Part shown: piece after piece, positions 9,351 to 20,971 of the stretch
How positions within the stretch are numbered: the stretch's first letter is position 1
Layout: the number at the start of each line of letters is the position of its first letter
NCBI GenBank assembly: GCA_029864565.1
Contig: JAOTTD010000006.1
Span: 2,415 to 66,414, forward strand
Length of the DNA stretch: 64,000 nucleotides
Direction of reading: 5' to 3'
From: Thermoplasmata archaeon
Lineage (GTDB): Archaea > Thermoplasmatota > Thermoplasmata > UBA10834
Notes under the pieces: generated by a model
The model's input: the letters and a program-made list of their open reading frames with translations, nothing else
What the model was told of the DNA's origin: nothing
The model's database searches: none
Program-made: the position numbers and the translations under genes

Positions 9351-12064
9351 TTCACTTCCGCTTCGAGGATGTCCTTTAGGAACTCGTATTCCTCGACGTG
9401 ATACCTCGCCAGTATCCTTCCGGCCGTGTCGGGGCCGACTCCTCTTCCGACCAGGGCCATCACCGCCTTTCGCCCGTGCGCCATGACCAGATTCGCGTTC
9501 TTGTAGACCCTCTTCAGGATTTTCATGTCGTCCTCGCTCGCGGCGCCTTTCCTGAGGACGGCGAGTTCCTGCTTGGCATATGGCCGTATTGCCGCTATGA
9601 CGACTCCTCCGCACTTAGCGCAATTGACGCGCTCCGAGAGGCTTCCGACACTCTCCCTCTTCCGAGTCCTGCAGTTCATGCAAACGAGTACGATGTCCTC
9701 GGCCATCAGCCTCGCCTTCAGTGCAGACAGTATCGTTTTGTCCGCTCTTCGAGGCTGCATAAGTTCCTGTCTCTTGCCGATCGCCTGGTCGCCCATCGGC
9801 GATAGTGGTCCGGTAGTTACCTCTATCGCGCCCTCCTGAATCCTCCGCAGGACGGCCGCGGTCGTGTCGACGTCCATATTCTCCCATAATGTCTTCGCGA
9901 TGGCCTCCTCGAAGATGGGCGTGTGCTCGAACACGTCCATCAGACGTGAGATGTTGAGCATCTTGTAGTCCGCGTCCTTACGGACCGCACCGAACTTCTT
10001 GGCGACGTGGATGAATTGCCAGCGCAGGTACGACGAGTTGCGCAGCACGATTCTCATGAGCTGCCCGAGCGTCTCTGGTTCCGTTTCTTTTAGCACCTTC
10101 AGAACATCCGCACCCCTCAGTCCTCTCGGGGTTTCGAGGACGATGTGGTACGGCTCGGTCTGAACACCGATGCTCTCTCCGAACCGAGCAGTCAGGAGCG
10201 AGGTTATGAGCTTCGACAGGGTCTCGTTCACCTTCGACCCGAAGCAGCAGTTGATTACAATGACTCCATCACCCTGTTCGATGGTCATGCGTTTGTCGGT
10301 AGGCAACGGGAGCCCATTCTGTGAGTCTATCCAGCGGATCACCTCCTCCTTCGCGTTATCGTCAGCAGGATACATGTCCAACGTTCGAAGCCTTCGCATC
10401 GCGCCGACCTCCTGGGCGACCTCGAACGGCACGGGTATTTCCTCCCCCACCCACGATGGTGTCGCTCCTATCTCCAAAATCTCTTCCACGAGGACTTCGT
10501 CCTCCTCCACCTCGACCACTCGCCATGTCCTTCCACGTGCCACGAAGGCCGCGTACGGCTCGGCGTAGGATGCAACGAAGCTCTCGTCAAGAGTGCCGAT
10601 AATCCCGCGCGAGGAGACTTCGCGTATCTTGTAGGTCCTCTCGTCGGGTATCATCGAGATGTTGTCGTAGAAGTACTTCCTTCCACTGGTCTTCCGTCTG
10701 AATGTGTCATCGTCGTTCCATACCATGTGCAGCTCCGATAGGAGCCTGAGCACTTCGTCGAAGTCCGCCCTCTTCAAGTGCCTGAATGGATAGGCCCTGG
10801 TGACGGTGTCGAACGCAGAGTCCTTGTCGACCAAGGGCTGCGTCAAGGCCATCGCGACGAGTTGGTTCGCCAGCACGCCTAGGGGGTTGTCCCGGATGAT
10901 GAACTTCTCCAGCTCCTCCACCATCGCCCGTCGGGATATGACGAGGCTTTCCGCCGTCTCCGCGGGTGCAGTATTGATTATGGTGCCGTAGGAGACCGCA
11001 TCGTATCTGTGGCCTGACCGCCCCACCCTTTGGATTAGCCGCGTCACCTGTCTCGGGGAGTTGAACTGTATTGTGAAATCCGCCGACCCGACGTCTATGC
11101 CCAATTCCAACGAGGACGTGCAGATCAATGCCTTCAATTGTTGCGACTTGAAATCGTCCTCCATCTGCACTCTGATGGCTTTTGACAGCGACCCGTGATG
11201 TACGCCTACCGGAAACGAATCGTCCCAGAGATGATATCGAACGCCCAGTGCCTCTGCTGAATCACGAGTGTTAACGAAGAATAGAGTCGATTGGTGCGAT
11301 TCGATGAGCTCCCTGCATCTACTCATGCATGCGAGGTGCTTAGTGTCTGTCTGGAGGTGGTTGGCGAGCTTCTGATCATTCGTCTTCGCGGGAGGACTCT
11401 CCACACCTATCCTCATGTCTTTGACCGCGGACACCTTCAGAGTCGTGACTTCACGACCTCTGCCTGCGAGGTAACCGGATATCTCACCAACAGAGCCAAC
11501 AGTGGCCGACAGACCCACCCTTTGATACTCGCCAGCTGTGTTTGCCAGTCTTTCGAGAGCGATAGACAATTGTGCCCCACGCTCGTCCTCTGCTAGCTCA
11601 TGTATCTCATCAATGACCACATGCCGGACGTGCGAGAGGTGCCTTCGCAGATTCTTCCCAGTGAACATGATTTGGAGCGTCTCCGGAGTCGTGATGATGA
11701 CATCCGGGGGATTCTTCGATTGCGCGGTCCGCTCGGCCTGAGGCGTGTCTCCGTGCCTGACGGCCACTTTGAGGTCCAGTGCATCGCAGAGCTCATGCAG
11801 CCTGAGGAGCAGGTCTCGATTGAGCGCCCTCAGCGGAGTCACGTAGACGCATCTTATGCCATCCGGGTTCGCCTCGCTGAGACGATGAAGGATCGGGAGC
11901 ATCGCAGCTTCGGTCTTCCCGATGCCCGTCGGTGCGACTAGTAGGACGTGCTTTCCGGAAAGGATTGCAGGTATGGCCATGCGCTGCGGTTCGGTCGGTT
12001 CGGTGATGTTTCTATTGGATAGGCAGCTCCGCAATCGAGCGTCCAGGTTATCGAATTCGTTCAT
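9320..12064 (-). CDS. lhr: Lhr-like ATP-dependent DEAD/DEAH helicase with C-terminal Zn ribbon
   Basis: APTGIGKT, DEIH, SAT, QRVGRSGH; start at ATG 12064 after GGAGGA SD (the ORF-track extension is probably spurious). Confidence 0.93.
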   Translation of the reverse strand: MNEFDNLDARLRSCLSNRNITEPTEPQRMAIPAILSGKHVLLVAPTGIGKTEAAMLPILHRLSEANPDGIRCVYVTPLRALNRDLLLRLHELCDALDLKVAVRHGDTPQAERTAQSKNPPDVIITTPETLQIMFTGKNLRRHLSHVRHVVIDEIHELAEDERGAQLSIALERLANTAGEYQRVGLSATVGSVGEISGYLAGRGREVTTLKVSAVKDMRIGVESPPAKTNDQKLANHLQTDTKHLACMSRCRELIESHQSTLFFVNTRDSAEALGVRYHLWDDSFPVGVHHGSLSKAIRVQMEDDFKSQQLKALICTSSLELGIDVGSADFTIQFNSPRQVTRLIQRVGRSGHRYDAVSYGTIINTAPAETAESLVISRRAMVEELEKFIIRDNPLGVLANQLVAMALTQPLVDKDSAFDTVTRAYPFRHLKRADFDEVLRLLSELHMVWNDDDTFRRKTSGRKYFYDNISMIPDERTYKIREVSSRGIIGTLDESFVASYAEPYAAFVARGRTWRVVEVEEDEVLVEEILEIGATPSWVGEEIPVPFEVAQEVGAMRRLRTLDMYPADDNAKEEVIRWIDSQNGLPLPTDKRMTIEQGDGVIVINCCFGSKVNETLSKLITSLLTARFGESIGVQTEPYHIVLETPRGLRGADVLKVLKETEPETLGQLMRIVLRNSSYLRWQFIHVAKKFGAVRKDADYKMLNISRLMDVFEHTPIFEEAIAKTLWENMDVDTTAAVLRRIQEGAIEVTTGPLSPMGDQAIGKRQELMQPRRADKTILSALKARLMAEDIVLVCMNCRTRKRESVGSLSERVNCAKCGGVVIAAIRPYAKQELAVLRKGAASEDDMKILKRVYKNANLVMAHGRKAVMALVGRGVGPDTAGRILARYHVEEYEFLKDILEAEVNYARTKRFWD

Positions 12065-12499
12065 TCCTCCACATTGCAGAAAGAGAATCGTATTAATCCT
12101 TTGGGCTTGGGAGTTCCCTTGAGGTGAGTATGATTCAGGCAAGTCCTCCGTGATGGGCGTCTGGCAGAATCCGTGGTCAATGGCTCGCCACTTCCTTGGA
12201 GTGGCCCACAATGGCGAAAACCATGCATTACGGTTGAAATAGGCTCGAAACACATCACCTGGCCAGAGCGGAGGATGGGATGATGGTCGACGCTGGCCTG
12301 TATGTCCACCCTTGCGCTTTGCTCGATTGCCATGTCCATTGCTTGTTGTGCTCATAGTCTAATATCGACACTCGAATCATCAGTCTGCGGCTTCCGGCTA
12401 AGCATTCTCTTAAGCATGTCAAGCGATTCCAGGTTCCTCCGTTCTGTCCGCGCCTCTGCGCAATTTCATCCTCGTCGCTCTCCTTCTCTTCTGGCATAA

Positions 12500-13933
<1,434 letters not shown>

Positions 13934-14093
13934 CATGTCCAGAGCAAAGGCGATACGCGGGAAGGTCGGCCACACATCGAGCGGATAAATGGTCAATTGA
14001 CCAGTATACGAGTCATAAATGAGACACACTCGCGGAACATAGTCCGAAATGGAACACAATGATGATTTAGGGCCGCGTGAATTGTAACATAGT

Positions 14094-14195
14094 CGATGGT
14101 GGATGGTTGGCGGGGCACGTCGTTTCGAAACTTACACTGCATGCACTCGGATCGCCTTTCGTGAGTCGTGCCTGCCGAAGCCGTCCTCCCCATCG
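14094..14195 (+). promoter_or_regulatory. Long stem-loop in the 5' region of the synthase-aconitase-icd operon
   Basis: CGATGG..GGATGGTT..GGCGGGGCACG pairs with CGTGCCTGCC..AGCCGTCC..CCATCG; ends about 10 nt before the first ATG. Confidence 0.5.
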
Positions 14196-14205
14196 TAAAT
14201 AGTCA

Positions 14206-15513
14206 ATGGTGATTCCAATGAACCTACGTTACAACGAAACGGCTCTTTATCCAATCCAGATGGACGAGGAATTCGCTGATTTGGATGCAGCCGCGAGCGA
14301 CAGGAAGACGCTGGGAGATGTGCGTTTGGTCGATACGACCTGCAGGGACGGCGAACAGATGCCCGGCATCTCGTTCAACGTTGAAGAGAAGTTGGAGATC
14401 GCGCGCATGCTGGACGACATGGGCGTGGAGCAACTCGAGACATTCGCCACCTATAACGAAAGCGACAGGAGGTGTGCCCGACTTCTTGCCCAGAGGCGTC
14501 GCGACATCTCCATAATGGGATGGAACCGAATGGTCAATAAGGACGTCGAGGACTCCATCACCAGCAACATCGATGCAGTGTCCGTCTCAACCGACACATC
14601 CGACCTGGCGCTTGAGCAGAAACTAAAGATGTCCAGGGAGAAACAGATCGAGAAGCTGATCGACTGCGTCGAGTTCGCAAAATCTCACGGCTTGTACGTT
14701 TGTTTTAACGCAGGGGATGCGACCAGGACCGATGTGGACTACCTCGTGAGGTTCGCCCAAGCCGGGAAGGACGCCGGGGCAGACAGATTCAGGATATGCG
14801 ACACGGTCGGCGTGCTCACTCCGTCCGCGTCATCGAAGCTCATAGGCACGGTCATGTCAAACGTGGACATCGATGTCGAGTTCCACGCGCACAACGACTT
14901 CGGACTGGCAGTCGCAAATGCCCTGGCCGCGTGTGAGGCGGCTGCGCCCTTCGAGAACAGAGCCCTTTGGGTATCGACCACTATTAACGGCCTCGGGGAG
15001 AGGGCGGGGAACGTCCCACTCGAGGTGCTCGTCATGAACCTGCACACTCACTACGGCGTCGACAAGTACGAGACGAAGAAGATTCTCACTCTGTCGAAAC
15101 TCGTGGAGGCAGCGTCGGGCCAGACGATACCGCTCAACTATCCTGTCGTCGGCGGGAATGTGTTCACCCACAAGTCGGGAATCCATGTCGATGGTGTGTT
15201 GAAGAATCCGAAGCTGTACGAAGCGATAGACCCTGAGAAGATAGGCGCTGTCCGGAAGATAGCGCTGGGAAAACACTCGGGGAAGGCCGCTATCAAGCAC
15301 AAGTTGGATCAGATGAACCTCATTGCAGGCGCGGAGAAGATAGAGATTCTCAGGCTGGAGATCAACAAGATCGCCGAAAACAGGAAATCGGACCTTTCCG
15401 ATGACGATTTCATGAATTTGTACAACAGGGTGGCAGGCTCACCCGAGATGTCTAAGAAGACCATTGTAGGAGACGCTGGACTGCTCGGTGGCGGCAAATC
15501 GTCGGGTCACTGA
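14206..15513 (+). CDS. DRE-TIM metallolyase (homocitrate/isopropylmalate synthase family), candidate Re-citrate synthase
   Basis: DTTCRDGEQ, HAHNDFG, NGLGERAGN, HKSGIHVDG, GKHSG; no LeuA regulatory domain. Confidence 0.85.
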   Translation: MVIPMNLRYNETALYPIQMDEEFADLDAAASDRKTLGDVRLVDTTCRDGEQMPGISFNVEEKLEIARMLDDMGVEQLETFATYNESDRRCARLLAQRRRDISIMGWNRMVNKDVEDSITSNIDAVSVSTDTSDLALEQKLKMSREKQIEKLIDCVEFAKSHGLYVCFNAGDATRTDVDYLVRFAQAGKDAGADRFRICDTVGVLTPSASSKLIGTVMSNVDIDVEFHAHNDFGLAVANALAACEAAAPFENRALWVSTTINGLGERAGNVPLEVLVMNLHTHYGVDKYETKKILTLSKLVEAASGQTIPLNYPVVGGNVFTHKSGIHVDGVLKNPKLYEAIDPEKIGAVRKIALGKHSGKAAIKHKLDQMNLIAGAEKIEILRLEINKIAENRKSDLSDDDFMNLYNRVAGSPEMSKKTIVGDAGLLGGGKSSGH

Positions 15514-15525
15514 GGAGGCCAGTCA

Positions 15526-16779
15526 ATGGGCAAGACGATCGTCGAGAAGATATTATCATACAATTCGTGCTCCGATTGTTGGGCCGGCGACGTAGTCGTC
15601 GCTTCCGTGGATTACTGCATGGCTCAAGATGGGACAAGCAAGCTTATGATTGGCGATCTGGACACTCTGGGATTCGAGACACCGAAGACAAGGAATGGTA
15701 TGGCGGTGGTTCTGGACCACAGTTCGCCGAGCCCGTCAGCAGAGGTATCGAGAATACACGGGGAGATTCGTCGGTTCGCCAACAATCATGGCATCACCGT
15801 CCACGACGTGGGCGACGGCGTGTGCCATCAGCTTGTGCCAGAGTCCGGTCTCATACTCCCGGGCAACCTTGTGGTCGGGGCGGACTCGCATACCTGCACT
15901 TATGGCGCTCTCAACCTTTGCTCCACCGGATTAGGCTCAGCGGATGTCGCCGCCGCCGCCCATACGGGCAAGTTGTGGTTCAGGGTACCAGAGACGCACA
16001 AGATACGGATAGATGGGTCCCTCGGAAAGTGCACTGGTGCGAAGGACTTGATATTGGCTCTGATCGGCGGGATCGGCGCAGACGGCGCAACATACAAATC
16101 GACCGAGTTCTGCGGGGAGACGATATCATCGATGAGCATGGACGGCAGGATGACCATGGCGAACATGGTAGTGGAGATGGGCGCGAAGTTCGGCCCATTT
16201 CCATATGATGGCGTGACTGCCAGCTGGTACAAGTCCATCGGCATCACCTCCGATGGCGGTGTCGACAGCGATGACGATGCTCAATTCGAGAAGGGAATGG
16301 ACGTCGACGCCTCAGATGTTGTCCCGAAGGTCGCCGCCCCGCACCGGGTGGACAACGTGAGCGATGTGTCCGAGTATTCGGGTGTTGAGGTTCAGCAGGC
16401 GTTCCTGGGAACGTGCACGAATGGGCGTCTCGAAGATCTCACCGTCGCGGCGAAGATGCTCAAGGGAAGGCATGTGAGCCGGGGAGTTAGAATGATCGTG
16501 GCGCCAGCATCCCGGCGAATACTCATCGAGGCTGTGAAGGCGGGGGTCGCAGAGTCGTTGTTGTCGGCGGGGGCGGTGATTGTAGTTCCAGGCTGTGGCC
16601 CCTGCGTAGGCACGCACGCGGGCGTTCCATCCGATGGCGAGAACGTCGTATCCACGGCCAACAGGAACTTCATGGGACGCATGGGCAACAACAAGGATGT
16701 GTCGATATACTTGGCATCTCCACAGACGGTCGCCGCGTCGGCGATTTGCGGGCGAATAACAGACCCGAGGGAATTGTGA
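15526..16779 (+). CDS. Aconitase-family (LeuC/HacA-type) large subunit
   Basis: DHSSP, GADSHTCTYG, GTCTNGR, GCGPCVG, STANRNF. Confidence 0.93.
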   Translation: MGKTIVEKILSYNSCSDCWAGDVVVASVDYCMAQDGTSKLMIGDLDTLGFETPKTRNGMAVVLDHSSPSPSAEVSRIHGEIRRFANNHGITVHDVGDGVCHQLVPESGLILPGNLVVGADSHTCTYGALNLCSTGLGSADVAAAAHTGKLWFRVPETHKIRIDGSLGKCTGAKDLILALIGGIGADGATYKSTEFCGETISSMSMDGRMTMANMVVEMGAKFGPFPYDGVTASWYKSIGITSDGGVDSDDDAQFEKGMDVDASDVVPKVAAPHRVDNVSDVSEYSGVEVQQAFLGTCTNGRLEDLTVAAKMLKGRHVSRGVRMIVAPASRRILIEAVKAGVAESLLSAGAVIVVPGCGPCVGTHAGVPSDGENVVSTANRNFMGRMGNNKDVSIYLASPQTVAASAICGRITDPREL

Positions 16780-16789
16780 GGTAACGGTC

Positions 16790-17296
16790 ATGAGATTGGA
16801 GGGGCGCGCTCACAGGTTCAAACCCAACGACGACATCAACACGGACTATATCATCTCGGGGAGGTACAAGTTCAAGATCAGCGACATGGACGAGCTAGCG
16901 AAGCACGTGATGGAAGACATCTCTCCGGACTTCGCCATCAGAGTTCGAGAGGGAGATATGGTCATTGCGGGATACAACTTCGGCTGCGGTTCGAGTCGCG
17001 AGCAGGCGCCAAGAGCTTTGAAGGCTGCCGGAATCGCAGCGATTGTCGCGAAATCATACGCGAGGATATTCTATCGGAACTCGTTCAACATCGGCCTGCC
17101 GCTTGTCACATGTGACACTGACTGGATAATCGACGGGGAGGTCGTAACTGTCGACTTCGAGAACGGCAAGGTATCCGGAGCTGGTTCCGGAGGAAGCGCC
17201 GAATTCCGCCCTTTGCCCAAGACGATGCAAGTCCTTCTTGAGGACGGAGGACTGATTCCACATATCAAGAAGCATGGAGGTTTCTCCTTCGAATGA
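16790..17296 (+). CDS. Aconitase-family (LeuD/HacB-type) small subunit
   Basis: DINTDYII, NFGCGSSREQAP, SYARIFYRN. Confidence 0.93.
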   Translation: MRLEGRAHRFKPNDDINTDYIISGRYKFKISDMDELAKHVMEDISPDFAIRVREGDMVIAGYNFGCGSSREQAPRALKAAGIAAIVAKSYARIFYRNSFNIGLPLVTCDTDWIIDGEVVTVDFENGKVSGAGSGGSAEFRPLPKTMQVLLEDGGLIPHIKKHGGFSFE

Positions 17297-17311
17297 TGGG
17301 AGGTGAGATGT

Positions 17312-18496
17312 ATGGGTGACATTGCCAAGGAGATCTTGATACCCTACATTCCAGGGGACGGAATTGGGCCAGACATCATGTCCGCGACCGTGCGCGTCCT
17401 CGACGTTGCGATGAGGGCTGCAACTGCCGGAGGCGTGAAGCTTCACTGGGAGGAGGTGCTTGCCGGGGAGAAGGCGTTCAAGAAGACGGGTTGCTGGCTG
17501 CCCGAAGAGACGCTATCGGTCATCGAGCAGCGAGGCGTCGCCATCAAAGGCCCATTGACCACACCTGTTGGTGGGGGCATACGCAGCCTCAACGTCACCA
17601 TACGACAGTCCCTAGATTTGTACGCATCTGTCAGACCAGCGAGGCATTATGCTGGCGTTCCGAGTCCTGTCAAGCACCCAGAGAAGCTGAATGTCGTGAT
17701 ATTCCGTGAGAACACCGAGGACGTGTACAAAGGCATCGAATGGAAGAGGGGCTCAGAGGAGGCAAAAAGCCTCATCGCGTATCTACGCTCCGAGTTTGGT
17801 GTGGAACTCGGATCTGACTGCGGACTCGGATTGAAGCCTATTTCGGAGTCAGCCACGAAACGCTTGGTTCGATCAGCCATGGAATATGCAGTGCGCAAAG
17901 GCAGAAAAGTCGTGACTTTCGTTCACAAGGGCAACATAATGAAGCACACCGAGGGGGCGTTCAGGGAATGGGGCTACGAGTTGGTTCGAGATGAATTCTC
18001 AGACCACGTCGTGTTCGAGAGCGAAATGCCACAGAAGGATTTGGCCTCGATTCCGAAAGGCATGATAATGGTCAACGACAGAATCGCCGACAACATGCTT
18101 CAGCAGATACTGACTCGACCCGAGGAGTACTCGGTGCTCGTCGCGCCGAATCTGAACGGCGATTACCTGGCGGATGCATGCGCTGCACAGGTCGGCGGAC
18201 TGGGGTTCGCCCCCGGAGCGAACATAGGAGATGGCGTTGCGGTATTCGAACCCGTCCACGGCACTGCCCCCAAGTACGCAGGCAGGAACATTGCGAACCC
18301 TTGCGCCTTGATTCTGTCGGGGTCGATGATGCTCGAGTATCTGGGTTATACCAACGCGTCCTCGCTGGTTGAAAAGGCGGTCGAGGGCGCCTTGGCGCAT
18401 GGCGTGATGACGAGGGACTTTGCGAAATTGGCGGGGTTGCAGTCACACGTCGGCACGAGTGAGTTCGCGGATGCAGTCATCGATAGGATGGCCTGA
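17312..18496 (+). CDS. icd: NADP-dependent isocitrate dehydrogenase
   Basis: GDGIG, KGPLTTPVGGGIRSLNV, RENTED, HKGNIMK, NLNGDY, HGTAPKYAG; GGAGGTGA SD. Confidence 0.95.
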   Translation: MGDIAKEILIPYIPGDGIGPDIMSATVRVLDVAMRAATAGGVKLHWEEVLAGEKAFKKTGCWLPEETLSVIEQRGVAIKGPLTTPVGGGIRSLNVTIRQSLDLYASVRPARHYAGVPSPVKHPEKLNVVIFRENTEDVYKGIEWKRGSEEAKSLIAYLRSEFGVELGSDCGLGLKPISESATKRLVRSAMEYAVRKGRKVVTFVHKGNIMKHTEGAFREWGYELVRDEFSDHVVFESEMPQKDLASIPKGMIMVNDRIADNMLQQILTRPEEYSVLVAPNLNGDYLADACAAQVGGLGFAPGANIGDGVAVFEPVHGTAPKYAGRNIANPCALILSGSMMLEYLGYTNASSLVEKAVEGALAHGVMTRDFAKLAGLQSHVGTSEFADAVIDRMA

Positions 18497-19817
18497 GGTC
18501 TTCGATGTCATCGACATCCTTCTGCAGGTTGTTCATGAGGCTATCTCTCAAGTCGGTTCTCTGCTTTCGGTCGATCTTTCTCTCCGTCATGAAGCTGAAT
18601 ATCGTCGCGAGAAGAGTCGTTCCAAGAATGACGACCAGGGTGGTGTTGAGGAACAGAAGGCCAAGGTCATCGCTCCAAACATCCAATCCAGCGAGCTGGA
18701 CCGCAGGCAATGTTGCCAGGACCGCGGCTGCAAGTCCCCGAGGCATCAACGCGAAAACGGCAGACTCCTCTGATTTTTCGAGTTCTCCCATCCTGGAGGC
18801 CAAGCTCGCCGTCAGTTTCCTTGCCAGGACTGCGAGGCTGATGACGAATACGCCGACAACCAGATGCTCTGCGGTGAATGTGGAGAACCTGAATGACAGC
18901 CCGAGATACACGAAGAAGAAGGTCCTGACGAAGAATGTGATCTCCGAGTGGAAGTAGTGGATATGCTCGTCGGAGAGAGTTGTAAGCGAGAGGGACGTTA
19001 GGCGCCTCTTCACGAAGCGACGGTTGCCCATGGCGAGGCCGAACGCGAGGGCAGCGACAGCCCCTGAACTGCTGATGGGTGGCAGTTCCACAACCGCCGC
19101 GATTATGAACAACGCTGCAACTGTGATCATGTAGGACAGAGGCTGGTTTCTGAGCTTCTCCAGCACAAAAAGCCATCCAATGCCCGCAGCAAACCCCACA
19201 GCTCCGCCGACCAAGAATTTAACCGACAACTCTCGGATGATCGCCCATATGCTGAACTCGTCGAGTTTTATGACAGAGATGAGGCTCAGAGTCGCGACTA
19301 TGACGAGGACGTCCGTGATGACGCTCTCCATGATCAGCATCGTCTTCGTGCGTTCCTTTATCCTCATCCTCCTAGCGATGGGTATCACGACAGCTCCAGT
19401 CGTACCGCCCACGATCGAGCCGAGGGCGAGTGCTACGAGGAAGTCTATGCCCATGATGAAGTGGAGAGATGCTCCCACCGCGAGCGCGAGAAGTACGAAG
19501 TTACTCACCGCGAGCAGGACTGAGATTTTCATCGACGCGGCGACGGTCTTCAGATCCAGCGAGAGTCCCCCGTCAAAGAGAATTATCACGAGGGCCGCAG
19601 AGAGGAATATGTCCTTGAACCGGTCGATATCCGCCATGGCGTTGTAGGTGACTATGTCGAATCTGGTACCTAGTATCTCGGGGCCGATAATCATGCCCAG
19701 AGCAATGAGCAGCAGGACATCGGGGATTCTGAACTTGTTGAAGATAGTGTTCCCAAAGAACCCGATGAATATGATAGAACCTATCGCCAGGAAGGCCGTT
19801 ATCGTATCCGGTTCCAT
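18477..19817 (-). CDS. Na+/H+ antiporter, CPA1/NhaP family
   Basis: About 12 hydrophobic segments; ILFDGG, MESVITD, FFFVYLG, PRGLAAAVLA. Confidence 0.9.
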   Translation of the reverse strand: MEPDTITAFLAIGSIIFIGFFGNTIFNKFRIPDVLLLIALGMIIGPEILGTRFDIVTYNAMADIDRFKDIFLSAALVIILFDGGLSLDLKTVAASMKISVLLAVSNFVLLALAVGASLHFIMGIDFLVALALGSIVGGTTGAVVIPIARRMRIKERTKTMLIMESVITDVLVIVATLSLISVIKLDEFSIWAIIRELSVKFLVGGAVGFAAGIGWLFVLEKLRNQPLSYMITVAALFIIAAVVELPPISSSGAVAALAFGLAMGNRRFVKRRLTSLSLTTLSDEHIHYFHSEITFFVRTFFFVYLGLSFRFSTFTAEHLVVGVFVISLAVLARKLTASLASRMGELEKSEESAVFALMPRGLAAAVLATLPAVQLAGLDVWSDDLGLLFLNTTLVVILGTTLLATIFSFMTERKIDRKQRTDLRDSLMNNLQKDVDDIEDLRPSYR

Positions 19818-19993
19818 CTACTCGCGCACCCCATCCATCTTAACGCCGCCAGCTAGGCAAAGATGCCCATCTGAGGTGAGCGGCGTCACTTTGAGATTGA
19901 CCGGACACTATTTCATAATATTGTATGTAGAATTGGCCCAAAGCCGGCCCTTTAACTAATTGTTTATACGACCTTTGCGGATTTCCCTGTGCG

Positions 19994-20971
19994 ATGGCTA
20001 TCACGGATGACACTGGTGGCTCCGGTGAGGCGAGTTCACATGGAGACTACGACCTCATTATCGTCGGAGCCGGTCCAGCGGGTCTGTCAGCGGGTATATA
20101 TGCCCGGAGAGCGGGGCTGTCGTGCGTGATTCTCGAGAAGGGGGTGCCTGGCGGCCAGGTGCTGACCAGTCCAAAGATAGAGAACTACCCCGGCTTCCAA
20201 GAGATCGAGGGCATGAAGTTGATGGAGGTCATGGCTGAGCACGCCCGGGCATATGTCGACATTCGCGAGGGCGAGGAAGTCATCCGAGTCACGAGAGTGG
20301 ACGACCGGTTCGAGCTCGCCACAACGACCGGCAAGTTCTCCTCAAGGGCAATAATCCTGGCGACGGGATCGTACCACAGGCATCTCGGAGTCCCAGGAGA
20401 AAACAGACTCTCTGGACGGGGGGTGAGCTATTGTGCGACATGCGACGGATTCTTCTTCAAGAAGCGTGCTGTGGTCGTCGTGGGCGGCGGAAACACTGCG
20501 CTCACGGACGCCCTATATCTGCACTCCATAGGATGCACCGTCACAATCGTTCACAGGAGGGACGCGTTCAGGGCAGACAAGCATCTTCAGGACAGCATTT
20601 CTGAGAGAGGGGCGGAAGTTCTATTCGATACGGTCGTGGACGAGATCATGGGGGCAGAGGAGGTCGACGCCGTAAAGCTCAGGAACGTCAAGACCGGCGC
20701 TGTCGACACGAAAGCTGTGAGCGGTGTCTTCGTAGCCGTGGGCGAGGTCCCGAGCAGCCAGCTTGCGGCTGAGCTCGGGGTTAAGATGGATCCCGGAGGA
20801 TTCGTCACGGTCGACATGTCGTTCAGGACCAACGTTCCATATGTCTACGCAGCCGGCGACGTCGCGGGAGGTATTAGACAGATTGTCGCCGCGGTCCATG
20901 GAGGCGCCGCTGCCGCGTTGTCAGCCTTCGAGGACTTGGCGAAGCCGTATTTCTCCCGCTACAGCGGATAA
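19994..20971 (+). CDS. trxB: Thioredoxin reductase
   Basis: GAGPAG, GVSYCATCDG, GGGNTA, AAGD. Confidence 0.96.
   Translation: MAITDDTGGSGEASSHGDYDLIIVGAGPAGLSAGIYARRAGLSCVILEKGVPGGQVLTSPKIENYPGFQEIEGMKLMEVMAEHARAYVDIREGEEVIRVTRVDDRFELATTTGKFSSRAIILATGSYHRHLGVPGENRLSGRGVSYCATCDGFFFKKRAVVVVGGGNTALTDALYLHSIGCTVTIVHRRDAFRADKHLQDSISERGAEVLFDTVVDEIMGAEEVDAVKLRNVKTGAVDTKAVSGVFVAVGEVPSSQLAAELGVKMDPGGFVTVDMSFRTNVPYVYAAGDVAGGIRQIVAAVHGGAAAALSAFEDLAKPYFSRYSG

Noticed and set aside
12065-12355. 97-aa N-terminal extension of Lhr in the ORF track
   Set aside because: Not protein-like; a clear SD and a TATA-like box sit directly upstream of ATG 12064
12378-12384. CTGATGA on the minus strand, a possible hammerhead ribozyme core
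   Set aside because: No GAAA after the putative stem II and no flanking stems
14206-18496. Calling the cluster leuA-leuC-leuD-leuB or a lysine AAA operon
   Set aside because: The fourth gene has isocitrate dehydrogenase signatures, and no lysW/lysX or ilv genes are adjacent; gene symbols withheld for the first three genes
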